Source of the DNA: Opitutales bacterium
Lineage (GTDB): Bacteria; Verrucomicrobiota; Verrucomicrobiia; Opitutales; PNEW01
Assembly (NCBI GenBank): GCA_965197745.1
Contig: CBDANS010000007.1
Coordinates: forward strand, 416,001 to 480,000
Direction of reading: 5' to 3'
DNA: 64,000 bases
The notes beneath the pieces were generated by a model. That model did not search any database and had not been told where the DNA came from. It worked only from the letters and a program-made list of their open reading frames with translations. The position numbers and the translations under genes were made by a program. Position 1 is the first letter of the stretch. Every line of letters starts with the position of its first letter. This document shows positions 9,745 to 20,078 of the stretch, piece after piece.

Positions 9745-10929
9745 TTAAAAGACTTGCAGGATTTTTCGGTAGGCATCCATGGCATGCTGGACGGTGTCGA
9801 TGCGAATACCACTGCGTTCCGCATTGTATTTGAGCGCGCCCACCACACGGTCCGGGCGATTGAAGTGGGCAGTATTCTCCTGTGTGTATTGAAGTTTGAT
9901 AAGGTTTGAGATAGCCAGGGTTATCGCCTCTTTATAAATCATCTGACGCTCTATATCCCCCATGAGTTCAGCCATTTCATAGGCATAGGCCAGCCCTTCA
10001 GTAAATACTCCGTCTGATGAAGAATGAGGGCTACCGTATTGCGGGGTAGCAGGATTATAAAAGCGCCCCACTTCTTCGCGGTGATCAAGCAGCTCAAGCA
10101 ATTTATCGTTCAAGGTGAAAAGCGCTGTTGCGTATAATGGGTTTCTCGTAATCTTCCAGAGTTTATTCATGGAAATCGAGTGCCATGGCACGTAGGCAGG
10201 GTAGTAATTCTTTTCAATCTGTTTGACATATTTATCAATGTAAAATGCTTGAGATTTAATTGCGGCATCAAGATATCTTTTATTTTGCGTTTTTTCATAG
10301 TACTCCACGAGGGCAACGAGGGCTTCTCCGGAATAAAAAGTTAAAAGATAATCTTCGTTATAGGCATAACCGGGTTCGATGAACCAGGGATGAAAAGCGC
10401 CATTTACATCCATCAACATCAGAATCCCTTCAGCCAGCTTTTCAGCTTTTAATTGATACTGGTCAAAGGAAGGGCTCCAGACGAGAGTTCTAAGAAGGAA
10501 GGCGTTGGCTCCGAGTTTCGACTTTTTATCGTAATAGACATAAGCGAGTTTACCGTTTTCCCTATACCAGTTCTCAAGAGAGAAAGAGAGGTTCTTACGA
10601 TGAAGGAAAAGTATATGGGGCGATTCATGGCTCAACTCGGCGAGCAAGCGCGAAGCCATCAGCTGTCGAAGGGCATTATTTTTGTTAGGATACTCATCCG
10701 TTTTCGGGTGATAAATATAATTAAAGAGACCTTTACTGCGGAGATTAAATAGCAGCCATTTTTCCGCTGCATCGTAGGACTGCTTTACATCCTTAAGGAA
10801 GACAACATTACTCGATAAGCGATTGTCCGTTTCCGCCGATTCGGCAATGAGGGTGAAAGCGAGAATGAAAGCAACTGCCAGTTGTTTCATGATCGAATGC
10901 CGGTGTGGAGTTATCAGCCTACCTCTCAA
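9745..10929 (-). CDS. Exported hypothetical protein, probable alpha/alpha-toroid (six-hairpin-like) fold
   Basis: Signal-like MKQLAVAFILAFTLIAESA; helical pattern with KLGANAF, FYSGEALVAL and RIDTVQH motifs; function not assignable. Confidence 0.55.
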   Translation of the reverse strand: MRGRLITPHRHSIMKQLAVAFILAFTLIAESAETDNRLSSNVVFLKDVKQSYDAAEKWLLFNLRSKGLFNYIYHPKTDEYPNKNNALRQLMASRLLAELSHESPHILFLHRKNLSFSLENWYRENGKLAYVYYDKKSKLGANAFLLRTLVWSPSFDQYQLKAEKLAEGILMLMDVNGAFHPWFIEPGYAYNEDYLLTFYSGEALVALVEYYEKTQNKRYLDAAIKSQAFYIDKYVKQIEKNYYPAYVPWHSISMNKLWKITRNPLYATALFTLNDKLLELLDHREEVGRFYNPATPQYGSPHSSSDGVFTEGLAYAYEMAELMGDIERQMIYKEAITLAISNLIKLQYTQENTAHFNRPDRVVGALKYNAERSGIRIDTVQHAMDAYRKILQVF

Positions 10930-13104
10930 TCAGGCTTCGCGCGCCGTTGATCACATAGCTGAACGGCAAGGGCGACGACATAGTGGACTTCATCCAGATC
11001 ATTTAAAGGTTTATGTAAATGAAAATCAAATTTAGACAATCGCTGGTCATCCTCTCTAATCTGCCAACCAGTCATTAATATTGTAGCAACCGATGGATTT
11101 ATGAGACGAATTTCATTGGCTATCTGATCTCCGGGGATGCCTGGCATGCCCAAGTCAATCAAAGCGACGTCAAATTCATGGTCAGTAATACTGGCGATTG
11201 CATCCTTGCCGTTTGAAGCGTTGCTTACTTCATGTTTATCCCTGAGCATTATGGAAATAAGGCTTCCTACATCTTCCTGATCATCAATGACCAGTATTTT
11301 AGCGCGCCGCACTTTTGGTAATTCAATTTTTACTTCTGATTTAGGTTTTCCTCCTTTTGCTTTTGGTAACCAGAGAGTGATGCTTGTTCCTTTATTAGTT
11401 TCACTTTCAAGATCAACAGTGCCACCCCAGCGATTGATACTGCTATTCACGGTAGAAAGTCCCAGGCCTGTACCGAGCTCAAGTTTGGTCGTAAAAAAAG
11501 GTTCAAACGCTTGTTTTCTGGTTTCTGCATCCATCCCCCTACCACTATCCTTGGTTACTATCTGGATCCCATCGTCGACATGTGAAGTCCTTATAATGAT
11601 GGTCCCCCCCTCGGGCATTGCGTCCACGGCATTAAAAATTAGGTTCATGATGATATTAAATAATCCCGACGAGGTTGCCCGGACAGGATAGCGCTCTTCA
11701 GTGAGTTCAAGTTTTATGGCAATGGTGATACCGCGTGCTTCGGGACCATCTTTCCATTTGGGTTGTGTTGCTTTAATTGCCTCATGAATAACCGGATTTA
11801 CTAAAGTAAACCCTTCTGCCTCCTCATCCCCTCCGCGAAAGGTGAGTTGAAGTCGCGATACCAGGTCTTGAGCACGCAGACCGGAGGCATGGATCTGCTC
11901 TATTCGTTCGAGCAAGACCGGGTCATTTACGGCTTTTTTCAGGAGTTCGGTGCCGACCATGATGCCCACGAGTATATTATTAAGGTTGTGACTGATCCCG
12001 GCTGCCATTTCTCCGAGAGCGTGAAGACTTTCAGTAAGGATTTGCTTTTTCTCACTCTTCTCCAGCTGTGCCATCATGCTGTTGATGGTTTCACCAAATT
12101 TAGCAATTTCATCATTGCCGCTAATGTCTATTCGTGAAGAGAGATCTCTACTTTGACTTATTTTTTCAATACTATCACTAAATTTATCGATCCTGTTTAA
12201 TACCGTTTTTTCTAATATGAGGAAAGTAATGAGACCAAAAATGGTGCCGGTGATCAGAATGAAAATAATTAAGTAGTTCACGGTATTTTTGCCCTGCCTA
12301 TATAAATCTTTAGGCATATCGATTCTTAAGATTACGGCAGGTTGACCAAATATATCCTTCAAAGTAATATAACCTAATATAGAGACATTATCGTGAGGCT
12401 GGACAATTAGCTGGTCCTCTTGCCTCAAGGTGTTAAGGACCGCACCAATTTCAGCGGGCATGGATTCGTTTTGGAAGGTGAACGTCTCAAGTGACAACTC
12501 AGTAATTTCACCAAGCCGCTGTAATTCAGATCCATTAAACAAGCGGCCCATAATTAAGGTGCCGCGTACGGGCCCCTTTTTCAGGCTGTTTAAAAATCGG
12601 GGTAGAAGCAACCATCATCGGTCCTTCAGGCATTATTATGATGCCATTCATACTGCTCTCTTCACCCGTGTGATTGATTAATTGAGGGGTTAACAATGAT
12701 TTTAACCAGCTTTGCGGAAATGGAATTTCGACATCGTTCTCAAGATCATATCCTTTACTGTAAACCAATTCTCCCGAGGCACTAATATACAATATAAAAT
12801 TGATCCGTAATAATTCGTCACTGAATGTTTCATCGACAAGATTTGAACTGATATAATCTTCATTTACCGCTTCAATAAACACATAGGTGTCATCCCACGC
12901 AGACCAGTCTAATGCTGTTGATTGAAGCTGTAGAAGTTCTTCAAAGAAGGCGTTCGTAAAACGATTTAAATTCTCATTTACACGTCTCTCCTCAAGTTGA
13001 GAAAAACTATTGAGAACGACTATTTGTGAGATGAGATAAAACAGTCCAATTAAGACAATAAAGGTAATAATGATAATAAGGACTGTTTTTTTACGAATAG
13101 TCAT
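10926..13104 (-). pseudogene. CHASE4-HAMP hybrid histidine kinase/receiver, split by a +1 frameshift (or sequencing error)
   Basis: ORF 12535..13104 has TM plus DWSAWDDTY; ORF 10926..12611 has TM, HAMP, H-box SHNLNN, GTGLGL and receiver. Removing one A from A5 at 12592-12596 gives continuous PMMVASTPILNSLKKGPVRGTLIMGR. Confidence 0.88.
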
Positions 13105-13359
13105 ATAAAGAGATTATGAGAAAATGGGGTAAGATGAAATTCCAAATTTATTAATGATAGGAATCAATCAATATTGGGCAATAGCATAAGATAAATGGCT
13201 TTATTGATTACATATCAAGAGATTTATGGATTGGTTATATACCGAATGAGCAACTAAGCACGGCGGAGTGGACGGTTGAGAAATGCTGGCGACCATTGCT
13301 CTGAGCATTGACAGATACTATAAGTACCCTCTAATGAAGGAAATTTATATAGAAAGAAT

Positions 13360-14082
13360 ATGGCAGTTAACCTGGCATTAATCGAACAATTGCGAGAATT
13401 TGAGACTCCGACGATCGCGGAATCGTTATTGGCTCTGGGCTGTGATGACAACTACAAGTATTTCACAGGAAGTGAAATCAAGCTTATGACCCGTGTCCTT
13501 CATCCCATGGTCGGGGTGGCAATAACATTGATCGTCGATACCAGCACACCAGGTCTCGAGCTTGGTCGCGAAGGTATCATCGCGGCGGGTGAAAAGATGC
13601 TTGAGACTGACCTGCCGACTGTCGTAGTCATGAAATCTGTCGGCTCGAGAATGTCGCATGAATGTGTCACAGGTGACGGGATGTGTAAATCGTTTCAGTC
13701 CAATGGATGCGTTGGACTTGTCGCCGACGGCGCGGTTCGCGACCTCGACGCCATAAACAAGCTTGCGTTTCCCGTTTATGCCTCGGGGGCGGTGAGTGAC
13801 CATGCGACCCTGAATTACAAACTGGTTTCCGAACCGATTACCATTAGTGGCGTTTCCATAAACACCAATGACTTATTGCATGGCGACAACAACGGGGTGC
13901 ACCTGATCCCGGAGAAATACCATCACGCCATCGTCGAAGCCTGTTGTTTGACCCGTGATTTTGAGACGCGGGCGCACATTCTCAATCGGCGTACCGACAT
14001 TAATGCTCGCGATCAGCTCGCGCAGGTTGACGAGCTCGCCAATGTGAGAAAAGAAAAATGCATGGCCCTGATGAAGGGGTGA
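13360..14082 (+). CDS. RraA/HMG-aldolase family protein
   Basis: TPTIAESL, GDGM, GLVADGAVRD, LLHGDNNGV. Confidence 0.85.
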   Translation: MAVNLALIEQLREFETPTIAESLLALGCDDNYKYFTGSEIKLMTRVLHPMVGVAITLIVDTSTPGLELGREGIIAAGEKMLETDLPTVVVMKSVGSRMSHECVTGDGMCKSFQSNGCVGLVADGAVRDLDAINKLAFPVYASGAVSDHATLNYKLVSEPITISGVSINTNDLLHGDNNGVHLIPEKYHHAIVEACCLTRDFETRAHILNRRTDINARDQLAQVDELANVRKEKCMALMKG

Positions 14083-14236
14083 GCGATGGGGTAAAACTAT
14101 CGGGAGCACTATGAAATAGAGGGGGTATTCATTCCATGGAAGCCCCTCTTGATGACCCATCGAGAGGACCCCTCAGCAGTCCCGGGGGAAGCTTAAAAGC
14201 CCTTTCTGTAAAATATATGTAAAAGTAAAATATTGG

Positions 14237-14286
14237 CCTATATATAGGTAAAAAACACTAGACAATATAGATTAATACCTTATTAT
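14237..14286 (+). promoter_or_regulatory. Possible sigma70 promoter (TAGACA-16-TATTAT) with upstream 12-bp palindrome CCTATATATAGG
   Basis: Palindrome 14237-14248, TAGACA 14259-14264, TATTAT 14281-14286, upstream of the pilin cluster; AT-rich context lowers significance. Confidence 0.35.
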
Positions 14287-14342
14287 ATGCCTCTATTAAT
14301 CCTGATTATCATAATAAATTAAAAAAAGACCTGAATCTGCAG

Positions 14343-14768
14343 TTGCACAAAGGAGACAGAAATGCCTTTACCCTTGTTGAAGTAATTGTGGGTATGGCGA
14401 TATTCGGGTTAATATTTGCGTCGATTGCAACGGTACTCACCCGTGGCTATGTAATCATTGAGAACGCACGCGATAATGCGCGCATCAATCAGATATTGCA
14501 AAGTGAGATAGAAAATCTTCGCGCCTTAAGTTGGAATGATATCGAAGCCCTGCCCGTTCAGCATCAGATCATGCCGCAAGCAGGATTTGGTACAACCTTA
14601 AACGATCGATACAACATCGAAAGAAACATAAATCAACGAAAGCCTGATCAGAAAGAGATCGTCGTGTCGATTACCTGGATGGATGATAAACAGGTAAATC
14701 ATAGTCGTAGATTTGTCACATACTACACGAGGGGAGGAATAAATGACTATTTGTATCGGTCATTTTAA
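14343..14768 (+). CDS. Prepilin-type N-terminal cleavage/methylation protein (minor pilin, PilV-like)
   Basis: RNA-FTLVEVIVGMAIFG class III signal with Glu5. Confidence 0.88.
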   Translation: MHKGDRNAFTLVEVIVGMAIFGLIFASIATVLTRGYVIIENARDNARINQILQSEIENLRALSWNDIEALPVQHQIMPQAGFGTTLNDRYNIERNINQRKPDQKEIVVSITWMDDKQVNHSRRFVTYYTRGGINDYLYRSF

Positions 14769-15294
14769 AGGTAAAACAAGCGAAGAGGAACATGCCTTCA
14801 CCCTTGTGGAGTTCATGGTCGCATTAACAATTTTCGGGATGTTAGCGGGGGGCCTTTCCTCCTGTTTTTTAGTCTTTCTCAAAAGCACGATGGGGCTGGG
14901 AAATTATGCTGACATGACGGTACAAAGCCAACAGTTCTTAGAAAGATTCGGACGGGAAATGCGAATGGCGAAGGACGTGTGGATCGCGTCAGAAAATCAA
15001 ATCAGCATTGATATTCCAACAGATATCGGAACGAAAACGATAGATTATTTTTTTGATCCAGACACGAAAAAAATAATCCGTGAGTTCAATGAGGTTGAGC
15101 GACCGGTGCTCAGCAATGTAGAAGATTTCAATTTAAACTATTACAATCTGCAGGGAAATATGACAACATCGCTACTCGAGATCAAAGAAATCCAACTCGA
15201 AGCAAATCTGTTGAAGAATGTCCTTTATATTGAAAACAATAATGAGTTTGTTTCAGCGCGATTTTTAATGCGGAACAGGAAGGTAGCTAATTAA
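14743..15294 (+). CDS. Prepilin-type protein (PilW/GspJ-like minor pilin)
   Basis: HA-FTLVEFMVALTIFG; REMRMA segment typical of the J/W class. Confidence 0.85.
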   Translation: MTICIGHFKGKTSEEEHAFTLVEFMVALTIFGMLAGGLSSCFLVFLKSTMGLGNYADMTVQSQQFLERFGREMRMAKDVWIASENQISIDIPTDIGTKTIDYFFDPDTKKIIREFNEVERPVLSNVEDFNLNYYNLQGNMTTSLLEIKEIQLEANLLKNVLYIENNNEFVSARFLMRNRKVAN

Positions 15295-15316
15295 AAAGTT
15301 TCATAATAAATCGAAA

Positions 15317-16624
15317 ATGAATTGGAAATCAAAGAGAGGCGCGGCGCTGGTAATGGCCATTATTTTTACCCTGATAATGGCTTCATTGGCGGTCAGTTAT
15401 TTAAATATTGCCGTGAATGGGTTGATTGTTTCCGACCGATCGATATTATATAACTCCGCATTAAATCTTGGCGAGGCGGGAGTGGAGGAAGCGGCCTGGT
15501 CCCTTAATCATAAAGACTGGATGGAATGGTCGGGGACCGGGATATTTAAAACACGCACTTTTTCACAAATTGACATAGGCTCAAACAGGACGGGAAACAT
15601 TTCGGTTATTGTAGAGGATTTTTCAAATGATCCAACGGTATTTGCCGAAGGGAGCTCACAATCAGTATATGGTGATGATTATTATAAGCAGATTGAAGTA
15701 AAACTAACGCGGCGTTCCCTCTTTGCGAACGGACTGACAGCCAAAGATGCCATATCATTCGTCGGATCCAATGTGACCATAGACAGTTTCAATTCGGATG
15801 ACGGGGATTATGATATATTTTTCAATCGTGGAGCGAATGTCACGGTAGCGAGTCCTTCGGTCGGTGTTAACGCCGTTAATGTGCAGAATGCAAAGGTTTT
15901 TGGATATGTCGCCACCGGTGGGGGTGATGTCGGGTTTGGTCCTAACGGTTATGTCTCGGAAGTAGTCGATCCGCCTGTTCACGATCCAACCCGAATTACA
16001 AAAGATTTCAGAGCTGAATTTTTAAATGTAAGTGCTCCTGCTTTCAGTCTTCCCAATACGAGCCTACCTGAGGGCGAAAACAAAACAATTGGAACGCCTG
16101 GTGCCTTTTCACCTGAAGAGTACAAATTAACGGATTTAAATATCTCTCAAAATGAGAAACTCGTCATTGCCGGTCCCGTCACGATACTCGTCGATAATGA
16201 CGTCGATGTGAAGGGTGAGATCGAGGTGGGCGAGTTTGGAAATGTCAAAATTTATGTCGAAGGTGATTTTACGGTTGGGGGCGGGAGCGGCACGGTCAAT
16301 AATACCGGCGTAGCTTCCGCATTTGTCATCTATGGCACGAACACGACTCCGGGAGATCAGTCAATAACGCTATCTGGCAGTGGCGATCTCAAAGCTGCGA
16401 TATATGCTCACAATGCGAGTGTGGATTTATCTGGCGGGGGCGGCACGGGGGTATTTTTTGGCGCGGCCGTGGCTTACAATATTACTTTCAACGGCACTTA
16501 CGTTTTTCATTATGACGAAGCCCTGAATAACTTTATTGGAGATGATCCTACATTTAAAATAAAAAGTTGGCGTGAACTGGTAGGCAGTGAAAGAATCAAT
16601 TTCGACAATTATACTCAATTATAG
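15317..16624 (+). CDS. PilX/GspK-like minor pilin with large beta-rich C-terminal domain
   Basis: KRG-AALVMAIIF (no Glu5), ALNLGEAGVEEA, terminal FHYDEAL...SWREL. Confidence 0.8.
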   Translation: MNWKSKRGAALVMAIIFTLIMASLAVSYLNIAVNGLIVSDRSILYNSALNLGEAGVEEAAWSLNHKDWMEWSGTGIFKTRTFSQIDIGSNRTGNISVIVEDFSNDPTVFAEGSSQSVYGDDYYKQIEVKLTRRSLFANGLTAKDAISFVGSNVTIDSFNSDDGDYDIFFNRGANVTVASPSVGVNAVNVQNAKVFGYVATGGGDVGFGPNGYVSEVVDPPVHDPTRITKDFRAEFLNVSAPAFSLPNTSLPEGENKTIGTPGAFSPEEYKLTDLNISQNEKLVIAGPVTILVDNDVDVKGEIEVGEFGNVKIYVEGDFTVGGGSGTVNNTGVASAFVIYGTNTTPGDQSITLSGSGDLKAAIYAHNASVDLSGGGGTGVFFGAAVAYNITFNGTYVFHYDEALNNFIGDDPTFKIKSWRELVGSERINFDNYTQL

Positions 16625-17107
16625 AAATTGTTAACGGTCCAATTGTATTCGCAGCCCCTGGTACTTCAGACGCGATATATTATCATCATCAGAGTGGAGT
16701 GGAGCGCGGCCGTCTCTACCGCTTAGCATTGCCAGCAAATGTGGGATAATACATTAGCGGAGGATCACTTCTGGATGGGTTGCATTAATAATGACTTTCC
16801 GGTTGCGAACGCATCTAATGGGATGGACGCCTGAGCATCGTTGTGTCCTGTTTGTGGCCCGGATTATTCTTATCCTGTCATTGAGTGATCTCATGAAGAG
16901 GGGAAAAAGAGGTTTTTTATTTGTGTCCTTATTAAAATCTCATCATTTTGGTAATTAACACTTTGAAGATATTTTGGGAATGCTGATTTAAGGGTCAGTG
17001 AAATAATTAAATAAAATAGAATCGCCACTTTTCCAATTTATGGTTATACCCTATAATTCTATTGTGTATTAATAAATCATTGGGTTAACCATAAATCATT
17101 CAAAGCG

Positions 17108-17536
17108 ATGAATAGAGAAGACTTAATTGCATTAAAACAAAATCTGGAGTCTAAAATAGAAGCCATAAATCTTCTCTTAGAAGACCCAGGATTATTTAGT
17201 AATAGTACTGAACTAAAGGGTAAGCGAGGACGAAAAAGAAAAAGCACAGGTTTACCCGCTGGCTCCAGTGAGAGGAGCATTATGGGTACTGTTCGTGAAG
17301 CGATTACACGAATGGGAGGGGATTTTACGGCCAATGATATCCTCGATTCCATTAAGGCGAGGTATCCGAAGTCGAAAATAAAAGATGTAAAGTTGATCAA
17401 GAACCCGATGTGGCAACTTCAAAGGACCGGTGAAATTGAAGTGGTGAGCAAAGGGGGCGGGCGAAGGGCTAACGTCTATCGTTGGGTTATGGCAGACGAA
17501 CAAATTCCAAGGCTTAGTGCTGAGAAGTTACGATAA
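17108..17536 (+). CDS. Hypothetical DNA-binding protein (coiled coil, basic linker, winged helix-like)
   Basis: Heptad-like LIALKQNLESKIEAINLLL; KGKRGRKRK; FTANDILDSI...LQRTGEIEVVSKGGGRRANVYRW. Confidence 0.6.
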   Translation: MNREDLIALKQNLESKIEAINLLLEDPGLFSNSTELKGKRGRKRKSTGLPAGSSERSIMGTVREAITRMGGDFTANDILDSIKARYPKSKIKDVKLIKNPMWQLQRTGEIEVVSKGGGRRANVYRWVMADEQIPRLSAEKLR

Positions 17537-17622
17537 AGGGAGGAAGGTAAATAGTCGATCGGTGATAGTCATCAGCTTTCATGCTCTTGCCTTAAGGGAT
17601 TGGGGAGAAGAGAAGTAATAAA

Positions 17623-18324
17623 GTGAGAAAAATTGAGAAATTATTTCGCGCGCCTTATGCGGCCCCGAATGGATTGCAGGTAACGGAAGAGGGACTCTGG
17701 CTTGTGGATCAGACAACCGACCGGGTTGCTTTGGTGGAGATCCCGGATCACATGATTGAAGAATATGGACTGAGTGTTTTAGTCCGCGATATACCCAGTG
17801 AGTCCTCCAACACAAGTGGGATGGCTTATGGCGACGGAGCTTTGTGGTTAACGGCAAATGGTCCTGGTGTCCTGCGCCATGTCAGGCCGACAGATGCCGA
17901 ACCGCACATGGCAGAGATTTTAAAAGTTGACGTGGACACAGGAAAAACCTTGCAGCGATATCCCGTGCCGGGAGGAGGAGGTTCACACGGAGTCGAGTAT
18001 GATCGCTATGAAGAGGGGTATCTCTGGGTGCAAATACTGAAAGACCAAACGCTCGGTAAAGTACGAATTAAAGACTGGAGTGTAGAGCGCTTAATCGCTC
18101 TTCCTTATGTACGGGGCCACGGCATGGTGCGGGTAGAGAACGGCATCTGGGTGGTTCACACCTCAAACCGGGTTATCGTTAAACTGGATTTAAATGATGG
18201 CAGCGAACTGGACAGAATAGAAGTTCCGAAATCCCATCCGGAGCCGCATGGTCTTACCCGCTTTGGTGAGGATTTACTTTACTGTGACGCAAGCTCCGGT
18301 TGGATTGCGAAGATTACCTTGTGA
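17623..18324 (+). CDS. Beta-propeller-like hypothetical protein
   Basis: Repeated blade motifs PNGLQ, SGMAY, SHGVEY, GHGMV, PHGLT. Confidence 0.65.
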   Translation: MRKIEKLFRAPYAAPNGLQVTEEGLWLVDQTTDRVALVEIPDHMIEEYGLSVLVRDIPSESSNTSGMAYGDGALWLTANGPGVLRHVRPTDAEPHMAEILKVDVDTGKTLQRYPVPGGGGSHGVEYDRYEEGYLWVQILKDQTLGKVRIKDWSVERLIALPYVRGHGMVRVENGIWVVHTSNRVIVKLDLNDGSELDRIEVPKSHPEPHGLTRFGEDLLYCDASSGWIAKITL

Positions 18325-18749
18325 TAAGACGTACTTAATTGGTTTTACCGTTAAGGCGCCGATTCTGAATATTGCCGCCTCCGGCAAAGTTCGGTGAACA
18401 AGGGTCGACACCGATTCCATGAACGGTTCATTGGTTAATTTATTTAATTAAAAGCGCATTGCTTGAACAGCATTAAGTTTATCTCCCATTGTGAGGAGTA
18501 ATTATCGCGTATTTTTTTTCACAAATTGAAATTCAACAAATGATTGGATGAAATTATGAGGGGAGGATTAAGTGAGTATAGACGGTAAACAGGTTTGCGG
18601 AAAGTATGAACTGAGATTGATAAAAAAATGTAAATATTATATAATGAGCAGTCACTATCTTGACTCCTTTTTTTCATTGTATAGTATAGTGCATTCTCAA
18701 CTTCATGTAGTTCTTATATAAAGAGAGAAACTTAAAAAAAAATAAATAC

Positions 18750-19658
18750 ATGATACGACCGACTACTATTCCGACAAAGAATAATATCCTGACAGTCATA
18801 GCAGCAAATTTAATTCGGTGGTATACGGACTTTCAACGGGAGGAGAAAGATAACACCGCAAACCCTTTTCAAGTTATGGAAACGTTGACAAGCAGCAGAA
18901 GCAGAGATTTTAAGGAGGTTCCAAGAGAAGCAGGAAGGAACGGGCAGGTAAACGGATTTGATACTGACCACGGAACGAATAAACAGTTAATAAACGTGGT
19001 GGCCCACGATTTAAAGAATCCGATGATCGGCATACGCGGTATTGCTGAATTATTGTTGGATGATGAGGATCGAACATTGACCAATGATCAAAAGGCCATG
19101 ATCGATCGTATTGTATCGGGTTCCAATAGCGCCCTCCATTTGATCGAAGAATAGCTCGAAGTGGCAATGATCAGATCCGGGAAACTGCAACTCTACAAAG
19201 AGGAGGAATCGTTAATTAATTTAGTGGAAGAGGTGATCCATTTTAACAGAGTAAACGCGGCAAGAAAAAATATTTCCATTGTCGTAGAATACAAAGCAGA
19301 GAGAGATTATTTGAAATGTGATACGCAAAAAGTTAAACAGGTAATCGATAACCTCGTAAGTAACGCGGTAAAATTTTCATTTCCAGGGACCACGGTTAAA
19401 GTGCTGCTTCAATCGATAAACGGCGGTGTAAGTTTGTCGGTTATCGACCAGGGACCGGGTATACCTGATGATGAGCAGCACCACATTTTTCAGGATTTTG
19501 GACGGACCTCGGTCCAGCCAACGGGTGGAGAAAAAAGCACAGGACTGGGGTTGGCGATATGCCGCTATATTGTAAAAGCGCATGGAGGTTCAATCAGCTT
19601 TCAAAATATGCCCAACGTGGGATGTAAATTTTCGGTATTATTTCCTTTAGACAATTAA
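18750..19658 (+). pseudogene. HisKA-HATPase histidine kinase interrupted by in-frame TAG at 19152-19154
   Basis: ORFs 18750..19154 and 19161..19658 share a frame: LHLIEE*LEVAMIRSGKL; H-box VAHDLKNP; NLVSNAVKFS, DQGPGI, STGLGL. Confidence 0.88.
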
Positions 19659-19661
19659 AAT

Positions 19662-20066
19662 ATGGTCAGTAACCTTAAAGCGCTGGTCGTGGATGATGAA
19701 GAACACGTGCGCACTTATATAGTGCTCGTTCTTCGTAAGTTGGGAATTGAATCAATATTGGAAGCGAGCAATGGGGAAGAGGCTGTTCACATCTATAAGG
19801 AGGAACGGCCTGATCTAACATTACTGGACGTAAACATGCCGGTAATGAACGGCATTACCTCTCTCCAACGCATTATTGAAATTAATCCTGAAGCTATTGT
19901 TGTCATGCTGACATCCCTGGCGACGAGACAGATTGTTGAAGATTCAGCAGAACATGGGGCTTCCCATTTTGTAAGGAAAGATACATCAAAGGAAAAAATG
20001 CAGGAAATACTCAATGAGACGATATCCCTATTCCTAGATACGAAATCCAAAGCCAGTCTCACTTGA
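19662..20066 (+). CDS. CheY-like single-domain response regulator
   Basis: LVVDDE, LLDVNMP, VMLTS. Confidence 0.92.
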   Translation: MVSNLKALVVDDEEHVRTYIVLVLRKLGIESILEASNGEEAVHIYKEERPDLTLLDVNMPVMNGITSLQRIIEINPEAIVVMLTSLATRQIVEDSAEHGASHFVRKDTSKEKMQEILNETISLFLDTKSKASLT

Positions 20067-20078
20067 ATTCTGTAAGAG

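Noticed and set aside
14101..14200. c-di-GMP riboswitch upstream of pilin genes
   Set aside because: Conserved class I (GCAAA/GNRA tetraloop-receptor) and class II (GGGCAC...GUGCAAC) elements not found
16690..16725. REP-like GGAGCGCGGCCGTCTC element
   Set aside because: Only a 4-bp stem, single copy noticed, no RAYT transposase in the window
16745..16895. Short minus-strand ORF (about 47 aa) in the gap after the pilin cluster
   Set aside because: No recognisable motif or convincing RBS; length compatible with chance
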